From the NCBI GenBank assembly GCA_016928955.1, contig JAFGJV010000027.1, positions 1-64,000 of the forward strand: a DNA stretch of 64,000 bases, given 5' to 3'. This stretch comes from Spirochaetales bacterium (GTDB lineage Bacteria; Spirochaetota; Spirochaetia; Treponematales; UBA12059). The notes beneath the pieces were generated by a model. The model was not told the DNA's origin, did no database searches, and saw only the letters and a program-made list of their open reading frames with translations. Below, piece by piece: positions 1 through 7,884 of this stretch (positions are counted from its first letter, which is position 1; each line of letters opens with the position of its first letter). A program made the position numbers and the translations under genes.

Positions 1-1
1 A

Positions 2-58
2 CTGAGTGACCATTATCCAGTATGGGCAGAGTTTTATGTGGACAGGGATGAGGAATGA
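2..58 (+). CDS. 3' end of an endonuclease/exonuclease/phosphatase (DNase I-like) protein, partial
   Basis: Hand translation LSDHYPVWAEFYVDRDEE*; SDHYPV is the C-terminal catalytic motif of the EEP family. Confidence 0.7.
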   Translation: MSDHYPVWAEFYVDRDEE

Positions 59-86
59 ATCAGCAACATGGAGAATTAAATGTTGA

Positions 87-221
87 TTACTCTGGAAATC
101 AGAATCAACATCCGATTCGGAAGTGAACTCAATGGAAATTGAGTATATCCAACAGCTTCAAGCTAACAATCCCCAAATTGGCTATAATCGCTTCCCCAAA
201 TACATTGCAAATGAGGAGTGA
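87..221 (+). pseudogene. Probable C-terminal remnant of a small GIY-YIG-like protein
   Basis: Frame reads LLWKSESTSDSEVNSMEIEYIQQLQANNPQIGYNRFPKYIANEE*, with an in-frame TGA directly upstream; the E..I....N.P..GYN pattern resembles GIY-YIG C-termini (from memory). Confidence 0.4.
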
Positions 222-224
222 AGA

Positions 225-1136
225 ATGTCCATTCCTGACTATCAGACCTGCATGCTCCCACTACTTAAATTCGCTTCTGATGGTAAAGCTCATAAACTGA
301 CTGATGCTATCGAATCTTTATCATCATTTTTTAATCTCACAACAGATGAGCGAGAAGCTGTTCTCCCTTCTGGTACACAGTTTATCATGGCAAACCGTGT
401 TGGTTGGGCAAGAACTTATCTAAAGAAGGCAGGGCTTATCTGTGACCCCAAGCGCGGACTTTTCCAGATCACCGAACGTGGACAGGCGTTGCTTCGGTCA
501 AATCCTCTGGAAATTAATACTAAATCTCTACAGCAATATGAAGAGTTCAATGACTTCAGAAACAAGACCCGTGCAAAGAGTACCCAAGAAGAGCAAGAGA
601 CTGAACACCCCACTTATTCTACACCACAAGAAGCTCTTGAATTTGGCTACCTAAAACTTACAGAAAATCTTTCAGACGAACTGCTTGAAAAAATAATGAC
701 ATGTTCACCAAACTTCTTTGAGCGTCTCGTAGTCGAGTTGCTCGTGAAAATGGGATATGGTGGATCACTAAAAGAAGCCGCCAGTATCGTAGGAAAATCT
801 GGCGATGCTGGTATCGATGGCATCATCAAAGAGGACAAACTCGGTCTCGATGCGATCTATATCCAAGCAAAACGTTGGGATTCTGTTGTGGGACGCCCTG
901 AGATTCAGAAATTTGTTGGAGCCTTGGATGGGCAGAAGGCAAGGAAAGGTATCTTCATTACAACCAGTAGTTTTACAAAAGAGGCTGTTGAGTATGCAAA
1001 AAATACAACCGTCAAGGTTGTACTGGTTGATGGAGATCGTCTTGCCAATCTAATGATCGAAAATTGCCTTGGGGTTAGCACCACCCAAACCTATGAGATA
1101 AAGAAAGTTGATACAGACTATTTTGAGGAAGATTAA
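225..1136 (+). CDS. mrr: Mrr-family type IV restriction endonuclease
   Basis: Mrr N-terminal winged helix (NRVGWARTYLKKAGLI) plus Mrr_cat motif GDAGIDG...IYIQAKRW. Confidence 0.95.
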   Translation: MSIPDYQTCMLPLLKFASDGKAHKLTDAIESLSSFFNLTTDEREAVLPSGTQFIMANRVGWARTYLKKAGLICDPKRGLFQITERGQALLRSNPLEINTKSLQQYEEFNDFRNKTRAKSTQEEQETEHPTYSTPQEALEFGYLKLTENLSDELLEKIMTCSPNFFERLVVELLVKMGYGGSLKEAASIVGKSGDAGIDGIIKEDKLGLDAIYIQAKRWDSVVGRPEIQKFVGALDGQKARKGIFITTSSFTKEAVEYAKNTTVKVVLVDGDRLANLMIENCLGVSTTQTYEIKKVDTDYFEED

Positions 1137-1171
1137 CATTTTCAACAAATCACTAAGGTTCGAATGATATT

Positions 1172-2155
1172 ATGAACTACCTCGAAGCATGGGACGGCTT
1201 AAAAACAGCTATTGAACAAGCGCACTCCGTCATAGACCTTCGCAAGATTCGCGATCAAGCAGAAGCCTATCGCTACGCCCTCAAAGTTGCGGGAGAATCT
1301 CGCGAAGTGGTCAGGAAGGCTGAAGAGATCAAACTGAGAGCCGAACGCCGGGCTGGTGAGATACTGCTCAAATCACCTAAACAACGTCCCGGCTCATACC
1401 AGCAAAAGCAACGATCAATGGCAGATACCGTTGATATTCCGCCATCCTACAAAGAGCTTGGACTGTCCAAGGTAGATGCATCGAAGTGGCAGAGGATCGC
1501 ATCCATACCAGCTAAAGACTTTGAAAGATGGCTCAAGACCTCTGATGAAGTTTCCTCCGCAGGAGCACTCCGTCTTGAGGCAACCTTGCGATTTGCAGAG
1601 CGAGAAACACCACCACTGCCTTCTGGCAAGTATGGTGTGATCCTTGCCGATCCGCCGTGGGCCTACGAATATAGCCACAAGAGTTTCAAGCGTGTAGATG
1701 ACCACTACCCCACGATGTCAATTGAGGAAATATGTGACATGGGTGCGGACATCAAGAAGCTCTCGGGAAAAGACTGTACGCTTTTTATGTGGATTCCTTC
1801 TCCCCACCTCGACAAGTTTCCAGCCGTACTTGAAGCATGGGGGTTTCGCTATGCGACCACTTGGGTTTGGTCAAAGGCCGGTTACAGCTATGGTCACTAT
1901 GGCAACATCTCGCACGAACTCATTATTATTGGAGCCAAAGGTCAGGGAACTCCAACCTGCGATCCCAAGATTACCGCGCGGATCAGTTCAGTCCAGAGCA
2001 TTCCCAAGACACTCCACTCTGCCAAGCCGCCTGAATACTATGAGATCATCGAAAGTCTGTATCCAGATCGACGATACCTCGAACTCTTCGCACGGAATAC
2101 GGAGCCCCGGAAGAGATGGACGTTCTGGGGAGATGAGGCAAGTGTGGAAAGATAA
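1172..2155 (+). CDS. MT-A70-family N6-adenine methyltransferase with phage-type helical N-terminal domain
   Basis: YGVILADPPW, HYPTM, LFMW, HSAKP and YLELFAR motifs; N-terminal ~150 aa is a separate helical region. Confidence 0.9.
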   Translation: MNYLEAWDGLKTAIEQAHSVIDLRKIRDQAEAYRYALKVAGESREVVRKAEEIKLRAERRAGEILLKSPKQRPGSYQQKQRSMADTVDIPPSYKELGLSKVDASKWQRIASIPAKDFERWLKTSDEVSSAGALRLEATLRFAERETPPLPSGKYGVILADPPWAYEYSHKSFKRVDDHYPTMSIEEICDMGADIKKLSGKDCTLFMWIPSPHLDKFPAVLEAWGFRYATTWVWSKAGYSYGHYGNISHELIIIGAKGQGTPTCDPKITARISSVQSIPKTLHSAKPPEYYEIIESLYPDRRYLELFARNTEPRKRWTFWGDEASVER

Positions 2156-2472
2156 GACTGATGATTATGCGGTCATCACATGGATGAAGAATAGCATTGC
2201 ATCTTCCACAGTAGAACCTCTGCCATATTCGCCATTTTCAACCTCATAGACGCCTCGCCCCTCTCAAAACACATACCAAACACCCCGAGAATCGCTTACA
2301 GGAAGCCATGGTGAGACGAGGAAGGGTTCGGACAGGGAATCATACCAAAGAGCGACAGGATGCGTCTGTGAGCTACTATTCGCGATATTGGCGACCTCAG
2401 AAATTCATGCCATCAAGCATATGTATGTGCATTTTCTCCCTCTAAATGCTAAACTAAACGAAGGAGGATCGC

Positions 2473-2652
2473 ATGAAAAATGTGGACATGAAGCTTGAAG
2501 GCAATATCCTGACCATCAAGGTGGATATCTCCAAAGAGTATGGAAAATCAACTTCTGGTAAGAGCCTCATCATTGCTTCGACAGAAGGCAACGTCTCGGT
2601 TGAGGGCAAAGAAGAAGTGAAGGTGGGTTTGAATATCTACCGGAAGCCCTGA
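2473..2652 (+). CDS. Small conserved hypothetical protein, 59 aa (not in ORF track)
   Basis: AAGGAGG RBS at 2461; MKNVDMKLEGNILTIKVDISKEYGKSTSGKSLIIASTEGNVSVEGKEEVKVGLNIYRKP. Confidence 0.85.
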   Translation: MKNVDMKLEGNILTIKVDISKEYGKSTSGKSLIIASTEGNVSVEGKEEVKVGLNIYRKP

Positions 2653-2653
2653 C

Positions 2654-2818
2654 ATGAAAGTTAATCTTGAAGGAACACCGCTCCTTGAAAATGAGATTGT
2701 ACTCGATGAGATTTATATCCAGTTCGTAGGCCAGAAGGGAGTAGAGTATCCGCCGAGCGATAAGCTGATCAGAGACATGATCAACTTGTTTAACCAAATG
2801 ATGGTCTCACAAAACTAA
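2654..2818 (+). CDS. Small hypothetical protein, 54 aa (not in ORF track)
   Basis: ATG 1 nt after the previous stop; MKVNLEGTPLLENEIVLDEIYIQFVGQKGVEYPPSDKLIRDMINLFNQMMVSQN. Confidence 0.55.
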   Translation: MKVNLEGTPLLENEIVLDEIYIQFVGQKGVEYPPSDKLIRDMINLFNQMMVSQN

Positions 2819-2954
2819 ACCTTTATAGCTATTAGGGCCGAATTCTCATAGGGTTTTTGAAGACTGATAGGCATTCTGATTGCAGGATGCTTTGGATGTA
2901 CAGGGTTATAGCAAATCGCACTTGGCACTGAGCCATTTACCAAGCGAGGACTTC

Positions 2955-3353
2955 ATGATCCGTTATTACAATTCACTGGAACACATTGACTGTTTTAAGA
3001 TCGAAGGATTTTTCGTTGGATGGAAAAAACCACTCTCTGACGAGCAACTCAAGAATTTACTAATTAATAGTACATACAAGGTACTCGCTGTTGATGATCT
3101 TAATGAAATGGTTGTCGGAATAATTACTGCCTTATCAGACAATACCAACTGGGCTTTCATTCCCTATTTGGAGGTTTTGCCTGATTACCAGAAACAAGGT
3201 ATTGGGAAACAGTTGATGTCTATGATGCTGGCCAACTTGAGCCATATCAACTGCATTGATTTGACTTGCGATCACGAGATGCAACCATTCTATGAACAGT
3301 TTGGAATGCTACGGTCTGAAGGCATGGTCATACGCAGGTATTTATTTGAATAA
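2955..3353 (+). CDS. GNAT-family N-acetyltransferase
   Basis: Motif A VLPDYQKQGIGKQLM and PFYEQFG; start moved to the ATG after GAGGA. Confidence 0.9.
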   Translation: MIRYYNSLEHIDCFKIEGFFVGWKKPLSDEQLKNLLINSTYKVLAVDDLNEMVVGIITALSDNTNWAFIPYLEVLPDYQKQGIGKQLMSMMLANLSHINCIDLTCDHEMQPFYEQFGMLRSEGMVIRRYLFE

Positions 3354-3497
3354 CTTTCAATCTTGGATATAACGAAAGGCAAAAGGAAAGAAATATATAT
3401 TTTTCTTCGTACTTTGCCTGAGATGAATAGAATAATCATTTCCGATTAGCTGATCAGATTAGCGATCAGAGATAGAGACATTAAAAGGCAGGTAGTC

Positions 3498-4229
3498 ATG
3501 GCCCCGAAAGCTCCCATATTTCCTCTCAAGCTGATCCTCTCCCAGATCAAAGACATGCAGGTTTTCCTCTTCCGAAAGACGGACCTGACTGCCTTCTTCA
3601 ATCAACAAGCTGAGGCGAAAACCGAAGCCGAGCTCTCAATCCTCTTTGACGACCTCTTCGCTTTCAATGCCTATCTCGGACGCCTTGAAGGGTATCCATC
3701 CTTCGAGGCGATTCCGTTTTGGGAATACAGCACTTGCCTCGAATGGGTCGAGTCGCATTTCTTGGGTGGGGACTCTTTTGATCTCAACCTCAAGAATGCT
3801 CGCCGCTTCCTCGGGAATGTGCACACCTACTATGAACACCTCATCAGCTTAAGCAAGATGAAGGATATTGCCAATCTGGACAAGGCCATCAAGGAGATTT
3901 GCGGTGGCAAAAAGCTCAAGCTCGTGACCGACATTCCGTTCACTGGAACCGAGACCTACACGGCCATCTATCAGGGTGGCAAGGAAGTCAGGTTTGATGT
4001 AGCCGACTACTGGGTATTGATCCTGCATTCCACTCTGTTTGATGACAATTGGACCAAGTTGCTGGAAGCCGCCTTTGGGGTCTCCGGGGAACGAATTCAA
4101 AAGGTCAAAGAGCTACAGTCGAAGATGGAAGGTCTCGGCAAATCAAAGCTCTGGGACATTGCCTACCATGATGTCACAAAAGCCGAAGCAGACAGAGCAG
4201 AAGCGTGGTTCTTTGATAAAGACAAATAA
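3498..4229 (+). CDS. Hypothetical protein; N-half resembles an integrase SAM-like (core-binding) domain
   Basis: 243-aa ORF with pattern DLFAFNAYL...FEAI...CLEWV...NARRFLGNVHTYYEHL; no R-H-R-Y catalytic motifs. Confidence 0.6.
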   Translation: MAPKAPIFPLKLILSQIKDMQVFLFRKTDLTAFFNQQAEAKTEAELSILFDDLFAFNAYLGRLEGYPSFEAIPFWEYSTCLEWVESHFLGGDSFDLNLKNARRFLGNVHTYYEHLISLSKMKDIANLDKAIKEICGGKKLKLVTDIPFTGTETYTAIYQGGKEVRFDVADYWVLILHSTLFDDNWTKLLEAAFGVSGERIQKVKELQSKMEGLGKSKLWDIAYHDVTKAEADRAEAWFFDKDK

Positions 4230-4249
4230 GAACAAGTTCAGCCATCACA

Positions 4250-4711
4250 TCACGCAGAAACCTGCCTCAACTTATCAAGGAACTGGCAGACCTGCATCTC
4301 TTGTTGTGCTCGGAGAGGCCGCCAGATTCTCGTATCCTTCCACAGCGTGTATTGAAAATGATGGCAGTCGCCACAAGCGAGAAAATGATCCTCGGGGTGA
4401 AGGTGGTTGACGCCGAGATTGTTGTATGACGGCCCGTAGATCATCAATTGTTTCTGCTTATGGCAGATCGGACACTCGCCTTCTTTTCGGAAATGCTTGT
4501 CGATGATGAGCCAGTAGGGAGACCGCCTGAATACATTGTTGAAGAACTGGCCTCGAAGATAGCCTATAGTCCCGCGCAGTTCCTTGACCTTGAAGATGGA
4601 AAGGTCGTCGCACATCTCGTCATAGAGGTCGGTCGCAGGGTAAGATCGAGGCAGGATGTAGAGTGCGAGGACTCGCATCTGCTCGTTTGATAGTTTGGTG
4701 ATGTCGTACAT
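4250..4711 (-). CDS. Zn-binding HNH-like protein with degenerate active site
   Basis: SPYW...CPIC...YNNLG...HPED...CGDCH layout of small phage HNH proteins; AAGGAG RBS. Confidence 0.6.
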   Translation of the reverse strand: MYDITKLSNEQMRVLALYILPRSYPATDLYDEMCDDLSIFKVKELRGTIGYLRGQFFNNVFRRSPYWLIIDKHFRKEGECPICHKQKQLMIYGPSYNNLGVNHLHPEDHFLACGDCHHFQYTLWKDTRIWRPLRAQQEMQVCQFLDKLRQVSA

Positions 4712-4750
4712 GTTGACTCCTTTTCCGATAGTGGTGCAAGTGGGTGTTCG

Positions 4751-4853
4751 TGGACAGAAAAGACAGAAATTTCTGTCTTTTCAAAACCTTTTTTATTTTG
4801 AAAATCATATAGAATACTTTATCTAGGACAGAAATTTCTGTCTTTTCTGTCCA
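4751..4853. repeat. Putative replication origin: 27-bp inverted repeats holding six GACAGAAA octamers around an AT-rich core
   Basis: 4751-4777 is the exact reverse complement of 4827-4853; 26-bp palindrome at 4757-4782; lies directly downstream of the primase-helicase gene. Confidence 0.8.
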
Positions 4854-4880
4854 TGACCATATATTGATCCATACACCCAG

Positions 4881-7001
4881 CTATGCTACCTGCCGGGCAA
4901 TATGCCATCCCCTTTTCCCGAAATCCTTGTTGTAATCGATTCGGAAGTTCTTTAGACTTTTCCGCATATTCTTCATACGCCTTGTCAGCGATGAGGCGGT
5001 CGTATTGTAAGATTTATTTTTTTCTCGCCACCTCTCAACCAGATCGGAGATGGCAAAGAATCTGTCATTCATATCACCAAGTACATCGTCGAGAAACTCC
5101 TCGAACATCATTCGGTCATCGGCATACTCTTCGTCTTCAGCAGACAATGAAAAATCAAACTCTTCAATCTCGGGATAGAAGGGTCGGAGCATTTTAGCCA
5201 TCGCAACGGACCAACGTGAAAACTTCGCATGCTTCTTCACAGGGACGTCTCTACTAAAATCCACCTCCGCAAGACAAGCCAGAACATCTGCAACTATGTC
5301 TTTCCACTTCGCCTCAAGTTCTATGAATGCTTCGGATATTTCAGCCTTTCTTTCGAGAGAGACATCTCGGCCATCAGTCATCATGATGGTAACTGTCCGA
5401 TTCAGAACATCAGTATTGATTGATTCCCCAGTGTTGAATGTGCATGCATACGTTTTATTGTTCACTACTCTTGAATGCGAGACATACATGATATGCGACG
5501 GTATAGTGATGTCGGTCACTCTGAGCGTGATATTGAGAAGCTGATCGTTTGTAGCATTCTGTATATTGTCTATCAGGACAAACGGATTCTCGAAGGCAAC
5601 AAGACCAGACATCTGCTTTTCATCACTATCGTTCGCCCTGAACTCAAGAGGATCGCGGCCTGTAATACATCGGCATCCCTTCCTTGTGCTGTAGCTCTTT
5701 CCCGAGTTGACTGACGGTGCGATAATCGCAAAAAGAGGCTTCTCTCCGTCGAAAGTCGAATTCATGAAAGAACTGAGTAGCATACTCGCATAACGATACT
5801 GATCTTTTACCGACTCAAGTGTTGCTGTGTTCACGAGCTTCATGAAGAGCCCGTTTTTTTTAGGCTCGATCTGCGAACCTCTATAAAGCGTATCTCTTTG
5901 CATAGTAGGCTCGGGCAAACAGGTTATCCTTCGGTACGCCTCGCAATGTTCCCTCAGAAATACAAGATACTTTGCTTCGGTTATTTCCTTCCCATAAGTA
6001 AAGTCAAGTACAAAGCCGTTCTTTGCGAGGATGAAGTGAAGGTCTTTGGGGTCTGTTATGAAGTAATCTGCCCCTTCCCGGAGAAACATATATTTCCGGC
6101 CTGAAGCGTCTATGAACGAATAGAAAAGGCTCGAAGGTTCTGCCATCTCTTTGGTGTATTCAAGTTCATGTTCTATTGAGACCTGCGTTCTCGTGTTTCC
6201 ATCTTTATCAGGAATCTGACGCTTTATCTTCCGGTAGTTGCGTATTATTTTCTTAGCATCTTCTGGCTTGTATCGCTTCACTGATCGAAGTATGCTGTCT
6301 ACTTCTTTCAAAGAAAGTGGTTCTTCCAAAAGATCGTTTGCCTGATAGAGCATTGGGCCGACATCTTCAAGAGGGTATATTTCAATCCACTTGCATGCGA
6401 GGCGGAATAGTTCCGCGTTCCGACCTCCTCTCGTTATTGACTCTATGCCTTGTCTCGATGAATCAACAGGCATCTTTAGCGATACAACTGGCTCGGCTAA
6501 TAAATCTGAGATCGACTTACCTTTATTCTCAACAATCACAGCATCTTTATTACCAAAAAATAAGCGAGCAATATCGACCACTTTCGGGTCAAAGAAATTA
6601 AATGTAGATTGGAGCTTCCTGAGAAGGTCGCCAAGCTCAACACCACCGACCTCTCTTCCAAGCGGAAAATAGACATGGAAGCGAGGCCGTGCAGATACTG
6701 TTTTTCTCTCATCTACTTTGTCCTTCATGTGATTACGCGAAGTTACGAGATAGTAGTCATATTCATGGAACAAAGCATTGAACCTGTCTTCAGTAATCCA
6801 TTCCTCCTCATTCTCTGTTTCACCGTTGTCGATGTCGCCATATAAGCAGTCGCACGATATGAAGTTCTCAATGGACCTATTGTTGTTGCGGAAGCGGGCC
6901 ATCACATGATCATGTTTCACAGCCTCAGCAAGATCGTGAGTCTCGAAGGGATAAGTCTTGTTTTTTGGCTGATTGATGCTGTTACTATAGTGCAGGGTCA
7001 T
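4881..7001 (-). CDS. AEP-type primase with PriCT-1 domain fused to a P-loop helicase-like domain (replication protein)
   Basis: DCLYGDID, TSRNH and RPRFHVYFPL primase motifs; GGRNAELFRLA...PLSLKEVDSILRS (PriCT-1); APSVNSGKS Walker A and VLIDN Walker B; AAGGAGGT RBS. Confidence 0.85.
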   Translation of the reverse strand: MTLHYSNSINQPKNKTYPFETHDLAEAVKHDHVMARFRNNNRSIENFISCDCLYGDIDNGETENEEEWITEDRFNALFHEYDYYLVTSRNHMKDKVDERKTVSARPRFHVYFPLGREVGGVELGDLLRKLQSTFNFFDPKVVDIARLFFGNKDAVIVENKGKSISDLLAEPVVSLKMPVDSSRQGIESITRGGRNAELFRLACKWIEIYPLEDVGPMLYQANDLLEEPLSLKEVDSILRSVKRYKPEDAKKIIRNYRKIKRQIPDKDGNTRTQVSIEHELEYTKEMAEPSSLFYSFIDASGRKYMFLREGADYFITDPKDLHFILAKNGFVLDFTYGKEITEAKYLVFLREHCEAYRRITCLPEPTMQRDTLYRGSQIEPKKNGLFMKLVNTATLESVKDQYRYASMLLSSFMNSTFDGEKPLFAIIAPSVNSGKSYSTRKGCRCITGRDPLEFRANDSDEKQMSGLVAFENPFVLIDNIQNATNDQLLNITLRVTDITIPSHIMYVSHSRVVNNKTYACTFNTGESINTDVLNRTVTIMMTDGRDVSLERKAEISEAFIELEAKWKDIVADVLACLAEVDFSRDVPVKKHAKFSRWSVAMAKMLRPFYPEIEEFDFSLSAEDEEYADDRMMFEEFLDDVLGDMNDRFFAISDLVERWREKNKSYNTTASSLTRRMKNMRKSLKNFRIDYNKDFGKRGWHIARQVA

Positions 7002-7015
7002 TTTTACCTCCTTAT

Positions 7016-7153
7016 AGAAAAGTCCTTCCTGCCGGACATGGTTGAACCTATTGTGGATGAGAACTCGGAATCATCCACGAATATCCATATCCGGCAGGAA
7101 GGACTTTCCTCACCGATCCGAGTTCATGTAGCACAAAGAATGGGGTTCAACCA
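7016..7153 (-). ncRNA. C4/CI-like structured leader RNA with upstream complementary target sites
   Basis: 18-bp perfect stem 7019-7036/7090-7107; inner stem 7053-7060/7071-7078; loop 7061-7069 complementary to 7117-7125; bulge 7039-7048 complementary to 7144-7153. Confidence 0.65.
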
Positions 7154-7173
7154 CTACAATCAAATATGCTTAT

Positions 7174-7350
7174 TTAGTTGATTGTTCTCGCTCCATTCTC
7201 ATCTTTATTTTCGATTTCCTGTACCAGCAGTTCAGCTATCAGTTGATATAGAAATTTATTTTTCAATGCGGCCTGAATGCGAAGCTGACGAAGCAATGAT
7301 CTTGGAATCTTCATGGTTGTGTATGGATCGGATGTTTTTCTTGTATTCAT
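7174..7350 (-). CDS. Ribbon-helix-helix-like small regulator (58 aa)
   Basis: TTMKIPRSLLRQLRIQAALKNKFLYQLIAELL beta-alpha-alpha pattern; start moved to MNTRK. Confidence 0.65.
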   Translation of the reverse strand: MNTRKTSDPYTTMKIPRSLLRQLRIQAALKNKFLYQLIAELLVQEIENKDENGARTIN

Positions 7351-7464
7351 ATTCTTATCTTTACAACTTTTCCTTAATAATGCGATTTTACCATGAAAAA
7401 GTTTTCGCCTTGTTGTTGTCATCTCTTTTAAATTCTATCTGTTAATGTTGTAATCTATGTATCA

Positions 7465-7538
7465 GTTCAATGGTTGAACACCAGAAGCCATATTCATTGA
7501 TTTGCTGTTCAATGGTTGAACGAGGTGTTCAATGGTTG
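7465..7538. promoter_or_regulatory. Three copies of GTTCAATGGTTG(AAC), candidate operators
   Basis: Copies at 7465-7479, 7507-7521 and 7527-7538; GTTCAA-N3-TTGAAC is palindromic. Confidence 0.6.
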
Positions 7539-7802
7539 TAATGCAAAAAATTTGAACACGAAAAAAGCATACTTAATGATATGAGAATGCAAACCATAAT
7601 CACAATCGTATGCGCCATGCTCGGCCTTGATTACCTCTTCGGCCTCCCGCGCACGGAGGCAGATCGCGCGGAGGGCATCATCGCGATAGTCGTGACGCAG
7701 GGCAGTCTCCTCCTCCATGGCGCGGTATTGGATAAGCCAATCGGGCATCCAGTTGTCGAGAGCGAGGTTGATTCTATCTACTGCGAGTTCAATGGAAGTC
7801 AC
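7509..7802 (-). CDS. Hypothetical protein
   Basis: 97-aa ORF co-oriented with the leftward operon. Confidence 0.45.
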   Translation of the reverse strand: MTSIELAVDRINLALDNWMPDWLIQYRAMEEETALRHDYRDDALRAICLRAREAEEVIKAEHGAYDCDYGLHSHIIKYAFFVFKFFALQPLNTSFNH

Positions 7803-7884
7803 TGGCCCACCAGTTGCATTGATTGCATGTATTCACCAACCTCATCGCCCGCGCTTCCATGTAGTGGAAGATGGATTGATACAT
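7789..7884 (-). CDS. Possible 31-aa peptide with CxxC
   Basis: TGATG overlap with the upstream gene and GGAGAGGA RBS; MYQSIFHYMEARAMRLVNTCNQCNWWASDFH. Confidence 0.35.
   Translation of the reverse strand: MYQSIFHYMEARAMRLVNTCNQCNWWASDFH

Noticed and set aside
2156..2460. Possible gene between the methylase and the small ORFs
   Set aside because: Frames checked are interrupted by stops or lack starts
3445..3470. Short tandem GATTAGC(T)GATCAGA duplication
   Set aside because: Only two imperfect overlapping copies; no function can be supported
7465..7538. Repeats as a mini CRISPR array
   Set aside because: Repeats are only 12-15 bp with unequal short spacers, and no cas genes are present
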